Below are positions 1-11,752 of a DNA stretch of 64,000 nucleotides, piece after piece. The position numbers and the translations under genes are program-made. Position 1 is the first letter of the stretch; the number at the start of each line of letters is the position of its first letter. This stretch comes from Setoptus koraiensis (lineage: Eukaryota; Animalia; Arthropoda), in NCBI GenBank assembly GCA_048013815.1, contig CM106586.1, forward strand, positions 23,126,001 through 23,190,000, in the 5' to 3' direction. The notes beneath the pieces were generated by a model, which worked only from the letters and a program-made list of their open reading frames with translations, was not told the DNA's origin and made no database searches.

Positions 1-46
1 AATAATGACCAACTAACCGGGCCGCAAGCCCACGACATACCCACAC

Positions 47-190
47 CACTTACCTAGACAGTTACCTAGACAGTTACCCAGACAGTTACCCAGACACTTG
101 CCCAGGCATTTGCCCAGACAGTGGCACAGACGCTGGCATAGACGCTGGCACAGACGCTGGCATAGACGCTGGCACAGACGCTGGCACATG
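47..190. repeat. 12-bp minisatellite, 12 units, drifting from CAGTTACCYAGA to CGCTGGCAYAGA
   Basis: Units read directly: cacttacctaga, cagttacctaga, cagttacccaga x2, cacttgcccagg, catttgcccaga, cagtggcacaga, cgctggcataga/cgctggcacaga alternating, cgctggcacatg. Confidence 0.9.
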
Positions 191-2700
191 CGCCTGCCAA
201 CTGGCTTGACTCGACTGGTGGCGAGCGCATTTTTCATTCGCCAGCCTCAAATTCGGGCCCCAAACGCGCGCCATTGAACAGCCGCGCTCCGCTAAGGGCC
301 ATTCGTCTATTTGGGGCTACGCGACAGAGCCCCTGTGGGTCGCATCTACACCCAGACAGTCCCAGTCGAAGCGTTTGGATGTTTTACGAGCCGAGAGTTT
401 TCGTGCCAAACCAAAATCTAGACACACGCTCTTGCGCCATTATCATTGTTTTGACCGGCAGTCGGGCCGGCACTGCTAATCCGCTAACGGGGCTCCCCCC
501 CCCCGGTGCCAGCTTCACCAGCATATCCGACACACGGCCGCAGACCGCTGCAGCGCGTATATTGGATTCACTAATGAGGGCGCGCGTTGCAAACTTTTCA
601 TCATTCTCAACGAGCATGCAACGAGCCGGCTCGTCCTTGCCAGCGCTCGTCAGGGTCGAGTTAATTCTGAGAGTTCAGCTATTTGCATATCGCCCAAATG
701 ATGTCGGCAACTCGCTGGCACTCCTGAGGCCCGCCGAGGTCCGTTGGGGCCCGGCGATTGTATGTGTTTCGAGTGTGTTCGCATTTGTACATGGAAATTG
801 GGGCCCGAGTTGTGCGCAAATGTACGCCGCAAGCTGAGCTGTGCCACAAAAAGGTGCGCAACTGGCATGGTTGGTGTTACCATTGAGTTACATGATTGCA
901 TTTTGAATGTTGGCGATTGAAAAGGCCAAAATAGCGGGGCCAAAATGGGCCAGCGGTGGTCTAATTGCGCCGGCCAGCCGCCGGCCGATCCAATAGTGTC
1001 AATGGGGTGTGCGTGATTTATGGAATCTGGCGACAAAATCAACAACAGCGCGCCGTGGCAAACTTAACAGTGACACTGCCAGTGCAGATCCACATGACTG
1101 ACTGACATTCAGTAATGTCATGGACACACACCGTTGCTGGCATTTCAATGGGAGCGCGTGGGGGCACGCAATCACAATACATGCTCCGTCATCGTCTGGG
1201 CAAGAGATTTTTCGTCGTCGTGATCGGATTGTTGAGCAACTCGGCCTGCCAAACGACAATCGCCCGACAGCAAACGGGCAAGCGCTTAGAGGCTTAGCGA
1301 AACATCAATATTTGGCAATATTACCCCCGTGTATATCATCTGCTGCAGCTTGACATTTCCACACAAACAAGCGTCAACCAAACAACAACAACGATTACAG
1401 CAGCGACAATGACAACAACAACGACAACAACAAACGCGAGAGAGTCCTCGAGTAGCTAAACATTTAAACGCCAGCGCGCGCGATTATATCCGCCGATAAC
1501 CGACCTGTCTTATCTGTATTGGCCGCATTATCTGTTTGTAGCCGCGAGTGTGTGCTCTCGACGGGCATGTTTTTTGTATTATGTAACAATAGCAGAATAA
1601 CAATTATTATCAACTGTCAATTACATTGTGTAAGCCGAAATGTGTTTTTTTCGTCTTCGTCTCTAGCGCTTTTTTTTTTCATTATTTATCACGTTCAAGC
1701 CACATACTGTTACATCAGCGTAATGCACCCTGTTGTCGTTTGCTCCGGCACAATTTGCTCCTCTTTACAACGTTTGTATACTACGTACGTTGAGTCAACT
1801 ACAGTTGTATTACGCAACTCTCGTGCACTATGCTCTCTGGCGCGTAGTCGTCCATTTTGTTTACTAGCACAGGTAACACGATCTACACGCAGGATATACA
1901 AAAATTATCTATTTCATCTTATCGTTTGCTCCATGTCACTTGGCTCTAATCCTGCACACAAACACACACACACACACACATACATATCGTGCTAGAGAGT
2001 GCGGGTTAGATAACTTATAATCTATATGCCATATCAGGTAAACATGGCGCCGATAAACGTAGCCCCCGATAGCAACGATATCCTCGCCCGGCCAAAAAGC
2101 TCAGCGGCGAGAGCCAAGTGTCCGCTTACTGTGCCCCGTATACAGTGTATACATAAAAATGCACATATCTCCGTCTCGAAGGGGCCTCACTCACACTCAT
2201 ACGGCACGACTTATACGGCATTAGGCACCCTGGGGTGAGTGCGCACACCTCGCGAGCCCGGGGGTTCATTTTTGACGGGCACCACTATCGGAAATAAACT
2301 TCAACACGTGGTGACGGTAATTATTCGCCGAGGCTCCATCGATGCATCGAAACACGCTGTACTTGGTCGACTGCAGTCGGAAATTTGTGCACCTCTACGA
2401 AGCTTTGAAGTGCTGCGACGGTGCTGCAATGGTGCCGTGCCCCAACTTTAGTGTCGACAGTGATTTGGTTAACCTGACAGTCGAGATGCATCTCAGCTGA
2501 TTGTCAGCCATCAGCCATGATTCTTGCTGGCAGGCCCATTTCGCCCGTGATGCCACCAGGAAGAGCCTGAGTTGGCTGCGAACACAAGTATGGCTAGCAC
2601 AATGAGTGTAAAATGATATTGAAATAAGAGAATTTTCACTAACGAGTTGGTGAAAATTGTAAGCTGAGGCGGACACTGGTGCGGTTTTGAGTTGTCTCGA

Positions 2701-2755
2701 CAACTGCAAGAAATTGCAATAAATTGCAAGAAACTGCATGAAACTGCAAGAAATG
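2701..2755. repeat. 10-bp degenerate tandem repeat (AAAYTGCAAG-like, about 5 units)
   Basis: caactgcaag aaattgcaat aaattgcaag aaactgcatg aaactgcaag. Confidence 0.7.
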
Positions 2756-5700
2756 AAATGTGCTCTTCGTGTGTCATGTCGTATTCAGGCGAGATTTGTC
2801 ATTTCGCTCGGTATACAGTCGTTTTGCTGGTATCTGTGGTGCCTGGTGGAGCCTGTTTGATGTGAGTGGCATATGCCAACATCAAGTTGAAATGTCGAAG
2901 AAAGTGAGAGAGCGAAAGAGACTTTTAGACTCACTGACAATGCACACTGGCAGATTGGCAGGCTGGCCGCCTAATCAGATAAGCAGTGGTGGCTCAATTT
3001 GCCAGCGAGGCCCCAGTGAGGCCCTCCTTTCAACTTGGATCGCTTGAGTCGCCTCGCTGTTGTGACTCACAACTTGACGCTGCTGTGAAGCGACCACCAT
3101 AAATCATAATTTACCCAGGCGCGCACATATCACATCTATATCATGCCGTTGATATAGATTAATTCATACAATGATCAATGATCGCTGGATCATAAGCTCC
3201 AAATTAGCTCAACCAGCGCAGACAGCACGCGATTGGGCCGCGCCGGCACCACCAAGTGCTCAATCGAGCGACTTGGCACTCAATCTAGCAAATTTAATTT
3301 AGCGTGCTCATTGTAATAACTGTGCCACTGGCCCATTGCTGGCAAGCTCGCTGGCTGGCTGGCTGGCTAGCTGGCTGGCTGGCTTGTTGTTGCAGGGGTT
3401 GGGGTTCCGTTACCTAGAGCGAAGCCCCGCTTTGCCTCAAAACAAGCTAGGGATTCTATCAATCACTGGCACGCACAACCAACCAGACTTAATGACCTCT
3501 TCGCTACTTATCGAAATCCGCCAGACAGTATTTGCCTAGGCTCTGGGCCACGCACTATCCCGAGAGTATCCCAAACAAAGCCAGCGTCTACTCACCGAGG
3601 GTATAGTTATCTGTTCTGTCTAGCCAGAAAATATATATATATATATATATATACAATTGTCCATATACAAGCAACTCATTGTGTGATCTCTCATTGCCGC
3701 TCGTGCTGTATTCAGCCAGAAATTACGTCACACTGTTGTCGGGCGGGCCCCAGTACGCGCTACTGTGCGTCATTTTTAATAGTATTAATACTATTATCAT
3801 TATATAACCGCGCCATATGTTGTTGTTGTTGCTGTTGCTGTTGTAGTATTTTCACAGTCGACACAGGCTCAGTCAGCTAGTGGCGCTGCCGCTCGCCTAT
3901 CGTTACAGATATAACGTTACATATTAGCGTTCGCTCAACTCGGGCCCCTAGACACACTCAGAGGTGCACTCAAACCACCGTATGGGCACTCGTATTTGCT
4001 GTAACACCAGCGACACTTTGAAATTGAGATCTACTTTGAAATTTGTCGCTGATTACACAGAAGCCCACTACTCGATAAACTTGACCCTGTCGTTGTTGTT
4101 GCCGTTGTTGGCGATGTTGTTGCTGCTGTCGTTGCTGCTGTCGTTGTTGGTGTAAGGCCGACAGCAGCCAACTGCTGAATATCACAACAATTCAACAGCA
4201 GTCGCAATTATATTATTGGCCTCAAAATGAGTGGCTATACTCACTTATCTAGCCGAGAGGTAAGCCGAAAGGGAGTTGCATCATGAATACTTGAGCGGCA
4301 CCGTGATGACCATGAAATTTCTGCTAACAGCATATGTAGGTGACAGGCTACAGGCTCTAGATGAAAACATTAAGTTACTTTACGACACACACACACACAC
4401 ACATTCATACATGGAGAGAGAACTTAACCAATTGGATGACTTTATCATGGGCAAAATTAATATCATACTAGGGACCGATAACGAGACCGTAAGTAACTCC
4501 GACAATAAAGCCAGTTGGCGAGTGCACTTGAACAAATGAATCTCTACTGATCGTACGAGTGTGCATGAGTTAAAGGTAAGCCCATATGTGTACAGGTGGC
4601 TATCAACCTGATTGGTGTCAACTATAACTCTGTCATTGTCCGAACACTGTCCAAACCGCGGTACATCGCGGCGAGTAGATAAAATTATTTGCAGCTAGCT
4701 AACTGGCTAACTCGCTTGCTGTCTAACTGACTCACTGGCTGGCTCACTGGCTCACGGGTGTGCTCCAATGGAGACTCAAAAACGTGATTGATGATAGCTA
4801 CAGATGATAATAATCAAATCTAGTCGTCCATCCTGTTTTGCTGCGAGCGTGGTAAACTGTCACGGAACTGTGTGACAAGATGCCAAACCATCACAAGCAT
4901 CTCTGTAGATCTGTAGATCTGTCTATCTCAAAGTCATCCCGTTCGCCTTCTACCTGATACGATGATGTTGTTATGATCTAGTTATCACGCGAATGACTCT
5001 GGCTCTCTTTGTAAAATCCGATTCACTGCCATCAACCGAGAGAACTCACTCAACTAAATTACTTTCTCCGAAATTGTGAACCGGTGGCGCACACACGTTT
5101 CGTATGGCTATGTGATTTTGTCAAATCTTATCATCAATCTAGATTATTCAATTTTGTCAACCGACACCCTTACGCTTTGCCTGATATAAATGTGTGTGAG
5201 TTTAAAAATAAACTTACCGCTGAGTCTCGCTTGCCAACAAGGTTGCTAAAATCAATTATAAACATAGTAGTAATCGGCAAAAGCTAAATAGGACAACGGC
5301 ACTGACTTGTGAAATGGATTCGAAATTTGGCGAATGCCGTTCGAAATTCACAAGGTTTCACAAGGTAACCTGGGGAAACTTAGCTCTCAGATATAATCAA
5401 TCAGCCGAGTGTGCTAATGACATTAATATTCATAGTGTAATTAGGCATAAACTATATCACAGTATTAGCACGAACAATGTAGCTAACTTTGTTTTTTCTC
5501 AGTATCGGCTATCTAACCCAATGTACCCAATGTATGTATCTAATGCAAATCGAACATGTTTTGACGACAAACATCCAACAAATGCCTCAACATTCGCGCT
5601 CACAAGAGACTGTCAAGTTGGTGCCAACTATCCGTGGTGCGTAGATTTGACTAATTAGACATACCGGTCACAATACTGATATTACTCGTGTCTGACACCA

Positions 5701-7067
5701 CCGAAAAGTGCCCTCATCACGACATATCCAACCGATAATATCCAACCGATAATATCCAAGCAATGAGCTCATTAGACAGGCTTAAAAACTTTTTCTGTAG
5801 GAAACTACCAACTGATTCTCGTGAGCATACAAAGTATTTGCAACAACAAAAAAAATACTGTCAGGCGGTAGACGGATGATGCAAAAATGCAAGCTGTGCA
5901 AAGATTGTTATCGCTTGGACACACTAGACGAACAAGTGCAGTATCGCAGACAATTTTTTATTTTTGGCTTCAAATTTGGCGGGCAAAACTCTCGAGATAG
6001 GGTTCACAGTGACTGTTGTGTCTAGTCTGGATGCACTGTGTGCCATTTCCCAGTCGCTTTGAACATTGTTCAAAAGGAATCCGACAGGGCGGCGCTACTT
6101 GGCTTACTGTAAGCAGCGCAAGCGAGCAGCAAGGGGCAGTTGTGCGAAGGATTGCCAACTGGCGATGCAGCCCGTACGCTAACTTGTTAAAGAGCACGCC
6201 GAAGGCAGGCAATCAAAAAAAGGTAATGATCAATGAGACAGTCTGTGTTCGAGTGCACATTTTTTGAGCGATGCCAGCGCCTCTGGCGAACTTTCCTTGA
6301 GCACGGTTTGGAAGGGCTCACAAAGTATGTGTGTGTGTGTTTTTGTGTTGTTGTTGACGCGATTGTGCTAGTATAGAGCCAATGTGTGTTGTGGCCAGCG
6401 TTCCAACTTGGTGAACACCCTTGCGTTAGGGAATGTGCATGATCCTATATGACAAGTGATCAGCAGCTAGAATAAAAGCATTGGAATATCTGCGAACTTG
6501 CGTCATACATATACTCTGCCAATTGGTTGTACAGATAGTGTAGAGATAATAGTACAGTGCACAACAAACACACACGCACACAAGCACACACAGACGGACA
6601 GACAGACAAATGGGTATAGTGCAGCGCAGAGCCACACAGGCAAGAAATACACTGAATTCTCTCTATCTCTGTATATCTTTTCTTTCTGTTTCTCTGCTTT
6701 GAGTTAATGCACAATAAACAATAACAGGCCAATACACTACACTACATACACTACGAGATATATCACTAAAAATATATATATTCAAGGCAATGCGATCAAT
6801 TTACATTTGATTCTATATATTCGAGATTTATCCCAACACACCAACACACATACACACCATCTACTACCATTGGTGCCACAACACAAATATTAAAATAATA
6901 AATAAATAAATATAATTACAATTAAATAAATAAATAAATAATATTAATAACGATAAATAAATGAAATCTCGAGTTTCAAGAACAGCATCATCTTCGAACA
7001 TTGCGCTTATTGAACTGGATAAATAAGGTAACAACAACAACACATCAACAACATTGTAAACAACAAC

Positions 7068-7848
7068 ACACAATAAGGAAAAGAGTCGAGTCATAGCACC
7101 AGGATCATAGCTATTGGTGATCATTGTTTAGACTCTTATTAAATCGTCAGGACTAGCACCACGATTTTGATTTATATTACGATTAAGACGACGCAGACGA
7201 CGACAAACCATTACAAAAATGGGAATACCAAAATTTTTCAGATGGATGAGCGAACGGTACCCGGGTCTTTGCATGACCGCAAAAGAATATCAATTACCTG
7301 AGATTGACAACTTCTACTTAGATATGAATGGCATTATACATAATTGCTCACATCCTTGCGATGGCGATGTACACTTTAGAATAAGTGAAGAAGAAATGTT
7401 TGAAGATATATTTAACTATGTTGAAACTCTCTTTAAGATTATTAAGCCAAATAAGTATTTCTTTCTGGCCGTTGATGGTGTGGCACCTAGAGCAAAAATG
7501 AATCAACAACGTGGAAGAAGATTCAGGTCAGCTAAGGAGGCTGCTGAGCGAGAAACTGCCGCGGTTCGAAAAGGAGACATATTACCCACCGAGCAACGTT
7601 TTGACTCAAATTGTATCACTCCAGGAACGACATTCATGATTAAATTGAATGAGGCATTGAAAAAATTCATTGAAACAAAATTGACTACTGACCCTAGCTG
7701 GCAGCATGTTAAAGTTATACTATCTGGACATGAGACACCTGGCGAAGGTGAACATAAAATAATGGACTTTATCAGATTTGAACGCTCTCAACCAGGTTAC
7801 AATCCTAACACCAGACATTGTTTATACGGATTAGACACTGATCTAATA
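7068..7848 (+). repeat. Left arm of about 780-bp inverted repeat (XRN1 5' flank plus first 210 codons)
   Basis: Reverse-complement match to 14485-15284, compared line by line. Confidence 0.95.
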
Positions 7849-9696
7849 ATGCTCGGTTTGGCATCTCATGAGCCCTATTTTATGTTACTCAGAGAAGAAA
7901 TCAAGTTTAACAATAAGAAGTCCAACAATAAGGATATAGCCCGAGGAACATCGCAAAGGGTAGACTCATCTAAAATAAGTTTTCATGTACTCTATTTGAC
8001 ACTTCTGCGTGATTATATCGAGAGGGATTTTACTGTACTCAAGCCAAATTTACCATTCAAGTTTGATCTAGAGGCTACCATAGACGACTGGATATTGATA
8101 TGCTTTTTGGTGGGAAACGATTTTATACCTCATATTCCTCATTTCCATATACATAAAAGTGCACTTCCTCGCATTTTTGAAGTCTATCAATCAGTTCTGC
8201 CGGAGTTGGATGGATATTTAAATGAGAATGGTTTTCTCAATTTGAAAAGATTTAAGAAGTTCGCAAACAAATTGTCCCTCTTGGATATTGACAATTTTGT
8301 CATGTTACCAGACAACAAACCGAATGGTAACTATTCATCCGCTAACAGAAGATTGAACGGTTCTTGCAACAACGGATTGCCAGACAACAAACAAAACGGT
8401 AATTATTCATCCGCTAACAGGAGATTGAACGGTTCTTGCAACAATGGATTGCCAGATAACAAGCCGAATGGTCATTATTCTTCTGCCAACAGAAAATCGA
8501 ACGGTTTTTGCAACAACGGATTACCAGATAATAAACCAAATGGTCACTATTCATCTGGCAACAACAGATTGAATGGTGTTAGCAATAGAACTAACAGATA
8601 TCACACACCAAATGGAAAGGTCGGTGTCCACAGCTTCACCGAGGAGCAATTGAATTCATCTATTAAAGTTTGTGCTGATGGTGATTTTATGGACTTGTCC
8701 GATGATGATTTTGATAGTGATGAAAAATTTCCGGGTGAGCCACCGGTAAAGAGTAAACATCAATTCGACAAGAAGAAAGACAAGGTTAACATCATGGAGA
8801 TTTTTAGAGAGCATAAACTGGATTATTATCGAACAAAATTCAAGATCAATCCCGATAAGGAGACTGTCCGTAATATCACTCATGAGTATGTACGTGCATT
8901 ACAATGGAATTTACATTATTACTATCATGGATGCGTTTCATGGGGGTGGTATTATCCTTTCCACTATGCTCCGTTTATATCAGACGTCACAGATTTTATG
9001 TCAGTCGATCTGAAATTCGAGCGCGGTGCGCCATTTAAACCATTTGAGCAATTGCTAGCCGTTTTGCCCCCAGCAAGTTCGGGCTTGCTGCCTAGCATCT
9101 ACCGGAATCTTGTAATGTCGTCGACCTCACCATTATCTGAATTCTTCCCAGCGGACATAGAGTATGATTTGAATGGGAAGCAAAATGAGTGGGAAGCAGT
9201 TGCGTTAGCTCCGTTCATTGACGAGAAAATTCTTCTCGGTGCAACTACTTTATGTAATTTGTTTCTCACCGAGGCCGAGCGGGGGCAGAATGTACTTGGC
9301 CCTCACTTTTTGTATGAATGCAAGCTGATGCGTATTGGGCCACCACAGGGACAGAACAATCAAGCTGGACGTGGTGGTGACCACCAGAAACCAAGAGTTG
9401 TAGCCAGGATCAAGTGTACTAAAATTAGTTTGGACGGGTTCCATCTAGCCACCAATAAGATCAAGTTTGGTTTGCTGAAAGAACCCAAGTCGAAGCAGGG
9501 CTCCGACTCCGAGGATAAAGATGATTGCTTGGGCTTTCCTACACTATCAGCGATTGAGCATAAGTTCAAAGATACGCCTAAGTCTATCAACAATAACGGC
9601 AATAGATTTAGATCCAACAGGATAAAGGACGTTTTGGTTCGACCTGCTTGGAGTGGCTCGGCTCGGCAATACTCAAGAAATAAGGGATGGTCTTAA
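7219..9696 (+). CDS. XRN1: 5'-3' exoribonuclease 1 (XRN1/Pacman), intronless, 825 aa, lacking the usual C-terminal domains
   Basis: MGIPKFFRWMSERYP start; catalytic acidic motifs YLDMNGIIH, AVDGVAPRAKMNQQR, GEGEHKI, GLDTDL, VGNDF; CR2 motifs WYYPFHYAPF and PFEQLLAVLP; XRN1-type GFPTL..I.HKF near the end, then a stop at 9694-9696. Confidence 0.95.
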   Translation: MGIPKFFRWMSERYPGLCMTAKEYQLPEIDNFYLDMNGIIHNCSHPCDGDVHFRISEEEMFEDIFNYVETLFKIIKPNKYFFLAVDGVAPRAKMNQQRGRRFRSAKEAAERETAAVRKGDILPTEQRFDSNCITPGTTFMIKLNEALKKFIETKLTTDPSWQHVKVILSGHETPGEGEHKIMDFIRFERSQPGYNPNTRHCLYGLDTDLIMLGLASHEPYFMLLREEIKFNNKKSNNKDIARGTSQRVDSSKISFHVLYLTLLRDYIERDFTVLKPNLPFKFDLEATIDDWILICFLVGNDFIPHIPHFHIHKSALPRIFEVYQSVLPELDGYLNENGFLNLKRFKKFANKLSLLDIDNFVMLPDNKPNGNYSSANRRLNGSCNNGLPDNKQNGNYSSANRRLNGSCNNGLPDNKPNGHYSSANRKSNGFCNNGLPDNKPNGHYSSGNNRLNGVSNRTNRYHTPNGKVGVHSFTEEQLNSSIKVCADGDFMDLSDDDFDSDEKFPGEPPVKSKHQFDKKKDKVNIMEIFREHKLDYYRTKFKINPDKETVRNITHEYVRALQWNLHYYYHGCVSWGWYYPFHYAPFISDVTDFMSVDLKFERGAPFKPFEQLLAVLPPASSGLLPSIYRNLVMSSTSPLSEFFPADIEYDLNGKQNEWEAVALAPFIDEKILLGATTLCNLFLTEAERGQNVLGPHFLYECKLMRIGPPQGQNNQAGRGGDHQKPRVVARIKCTKISLDGFHLATNKIKFGLLKEPKSKQGSDSEDKDDCLGFPTLSAIEHKFKDTPKSINNNGNRFRSNRIKDVLVRPAWSGSARQYSRNKGWS
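8305..8580 (+). repeat. In-frame 72-nt (24-aa) tandem repeat x~4 inside XRN1
   Basis: Units start at 8305, 8377, 8449 and 8521 and encode LPDNKPNGxYSSANRRLNGxCNNG variants; the fourth unit is partial. Confidence 0.92.
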
Positions 9697-11752
9697 GACA
9701 GACAGACCGCGAGAGAAAGGGAGAGCGAGAGAAGAGCGAGAGAAGATCGGGATGGAGAGAGAGAGAGTAAAGTAGAGAAGGAAGGAGGAGGGAGAGAAAA
9801 AAAACAGTGGAGAGAGATGGAGCGTGTGAGCGAGAGAGAAAGAGAGACAGTATGCGAAAAAGGGAGAAAGAAAGATAGAGGGGAGAGAGAATGAGACAGG
9901 GAGAAAGAATGAGACAGGGAGAAAGAAAGAGAGAGAGAGAGAAGGAGAGAGAAATTGTTGAAATAAAAAAAAAACTGGTTCTGGCTAGTGACAGAGTTTG
10001 GAGCCAGTTCAAAAAACAGTCTTGCGCACCCTTCCAGTTAATCTCGATAATAATTTGGACTCACTTGAATGCTAACAAAGAGCAAAGCATGTTAATTTAT
10101 ATAGCGCTTAGCCTTATCAGCCACCTGTTGTTTTGTTATACCTATGTTGTTGTTTGTTTGTTTATGATTGTGTGTGTAGTTCTGAATCTCGTTGTGCTCA
10201 CTTCTCTCATATGTCATCTTCGAAGTTGTTGTTTCGTTATCCAGTTTAAGTGGAAAATATTTGCCACCATGTAGAACGACAGCAACTGGATGAACGGTAT
10301 GGGTAGCAATGATAATTTTGTTGGAAATGCTACGTTCATTGCTCTTGCTTTTTCTCTCTTTTTTTTTCTATTCAATGCAATTTAATTTGCTACAATCATT
10401 CTATCAATACAAGTTGATCCATTACTATCTGCGCGAACGAACTAAGAAGCCAATATTGTTATCACTTGATCACGTTGTTCATTGTATATACTATATTGAG
10501 CTTGTCGCCCGACCAAATATCATACACACATGCACACACAAACATAAATCGACATATAAGCAAGCTACTCATCTGGTTAAAACAATTAAGGTTGTAGATT
10601 TTGTCGTGACGGTCAGCCAAAGTTGTTTCGGTAATCAACCTAGGTAGGGGCACACTTGTCAGACAAGGTACAACACTAGCAAGCTTGTGTGTGTGTCGCT
10701 GTTTTTGCATGCTTGAGTTTAAAAATCAATAGCGAAAGAGTTACGCAACTTTTGTTGTTGCGTGGTGTTGTTCTAATTAGTTTACAGTTGCCTTTATTAT
10801 TGTTGTTGAACAACTTCAACCACTGCTACCTCAGCTACGCGCGCTTGTTTGAGTCACTGACACTAAAGGGACCAAGCATGCAAGCAAGCACCAGCGGCAA
10901 CAACAACAGCAACAGCAACAACAAGACCATGTTGTCTAGCAACGAGCAAGCGACAGAATATGCCATTAGGCATACGTATGCGATTATTACTATTATGATT
11001 AATATTACCATCATCGTCGTCGTCATCTGATGACCGTGCGTCTTGCCATTACGGTTGTTACGTAGCTACTTATGCAACGTTATTTTTCGAAACTGCCCCG
11101 TTCGCTCTACCTACTCGTACACACAGTGTTTATCCGTTGTGTTTGGTTCTTTTCTTTCTCTTTGCTTAGCTCGGCCGTAATGTTTGTGCGTGTCTATGAT
11201 AGACCAACTACCGCTTTATTTATCGTGCAAGCAAACGAACAAGCCAAGACCAATCATTTACATGGCATCTCACGCACACACACTAGATTGTGCCCTAGTT
11301 ACCAATTAGAATGGTGTGGTGGCGAAGGAATCGTAGTTATGAAGAATATCGTCATGTCAACCGTTTGAACACGTAGCAAGTCCACGTCCGTCCATTTACT
11401 TGGCTCTGTTCCTCGTGTCGCAAACAATCATTTGAGAAATAAGAAGCGTGATACATTAGTTTGAATTTCAGCAGAAAAATCATCACCCCGACATGTCCTA
11501 GACAGTTTGCAGTTTGTCACACTGAGAGAGAGAGAGAGAGCGAGAGAGAAGGAGGACACACAATACACAATTGACAGAAGCGTGCAACCAAAGACGAGAC
11601 GGGATAAAAATTGCGTTGCAAATGCGAAAGTATTTCGGAGACACATTCAAATCTATAGTCAACGGAGTTTAGTAGTTCTAGATTAAGTACAGGACACTAT
11701 ATTCGTAATTTTTTCTCGCAGTGACAATTGATTTGTCAAATCAATACACGTC

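Noticed and set aside
5853-5875. AATACTGTCAGG resembling the start of miR-8
   Set aside because: Only about 12 nt match, the 3' half differs and no precursor hairpin is evident.
274-6732. Many 60-190 aa ORFs in the first 7 kb
   Set aside because: No recognisable domains; many are microsatellite-derived or overlap on both strands. Donor-like sites near 4260, 4490 and 4577 could be non-coding exons, but this is unsupported.
8305-8580. XRN1 72-nt repeat or the 20269-20351 repeat as a CRISPR-like array
   Set aside because: The units are contiguous with no unique spacers, one set is in-frame coding, the context is eukaryotic and there are no cas genes.
9608-11646. ORFs in the AG-, CA- and CAA-rich region after XRN1 as missing XRN1 exons
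   Set aside because: The translations are low-complexity microsatellite products with no XRN1-like sequence.
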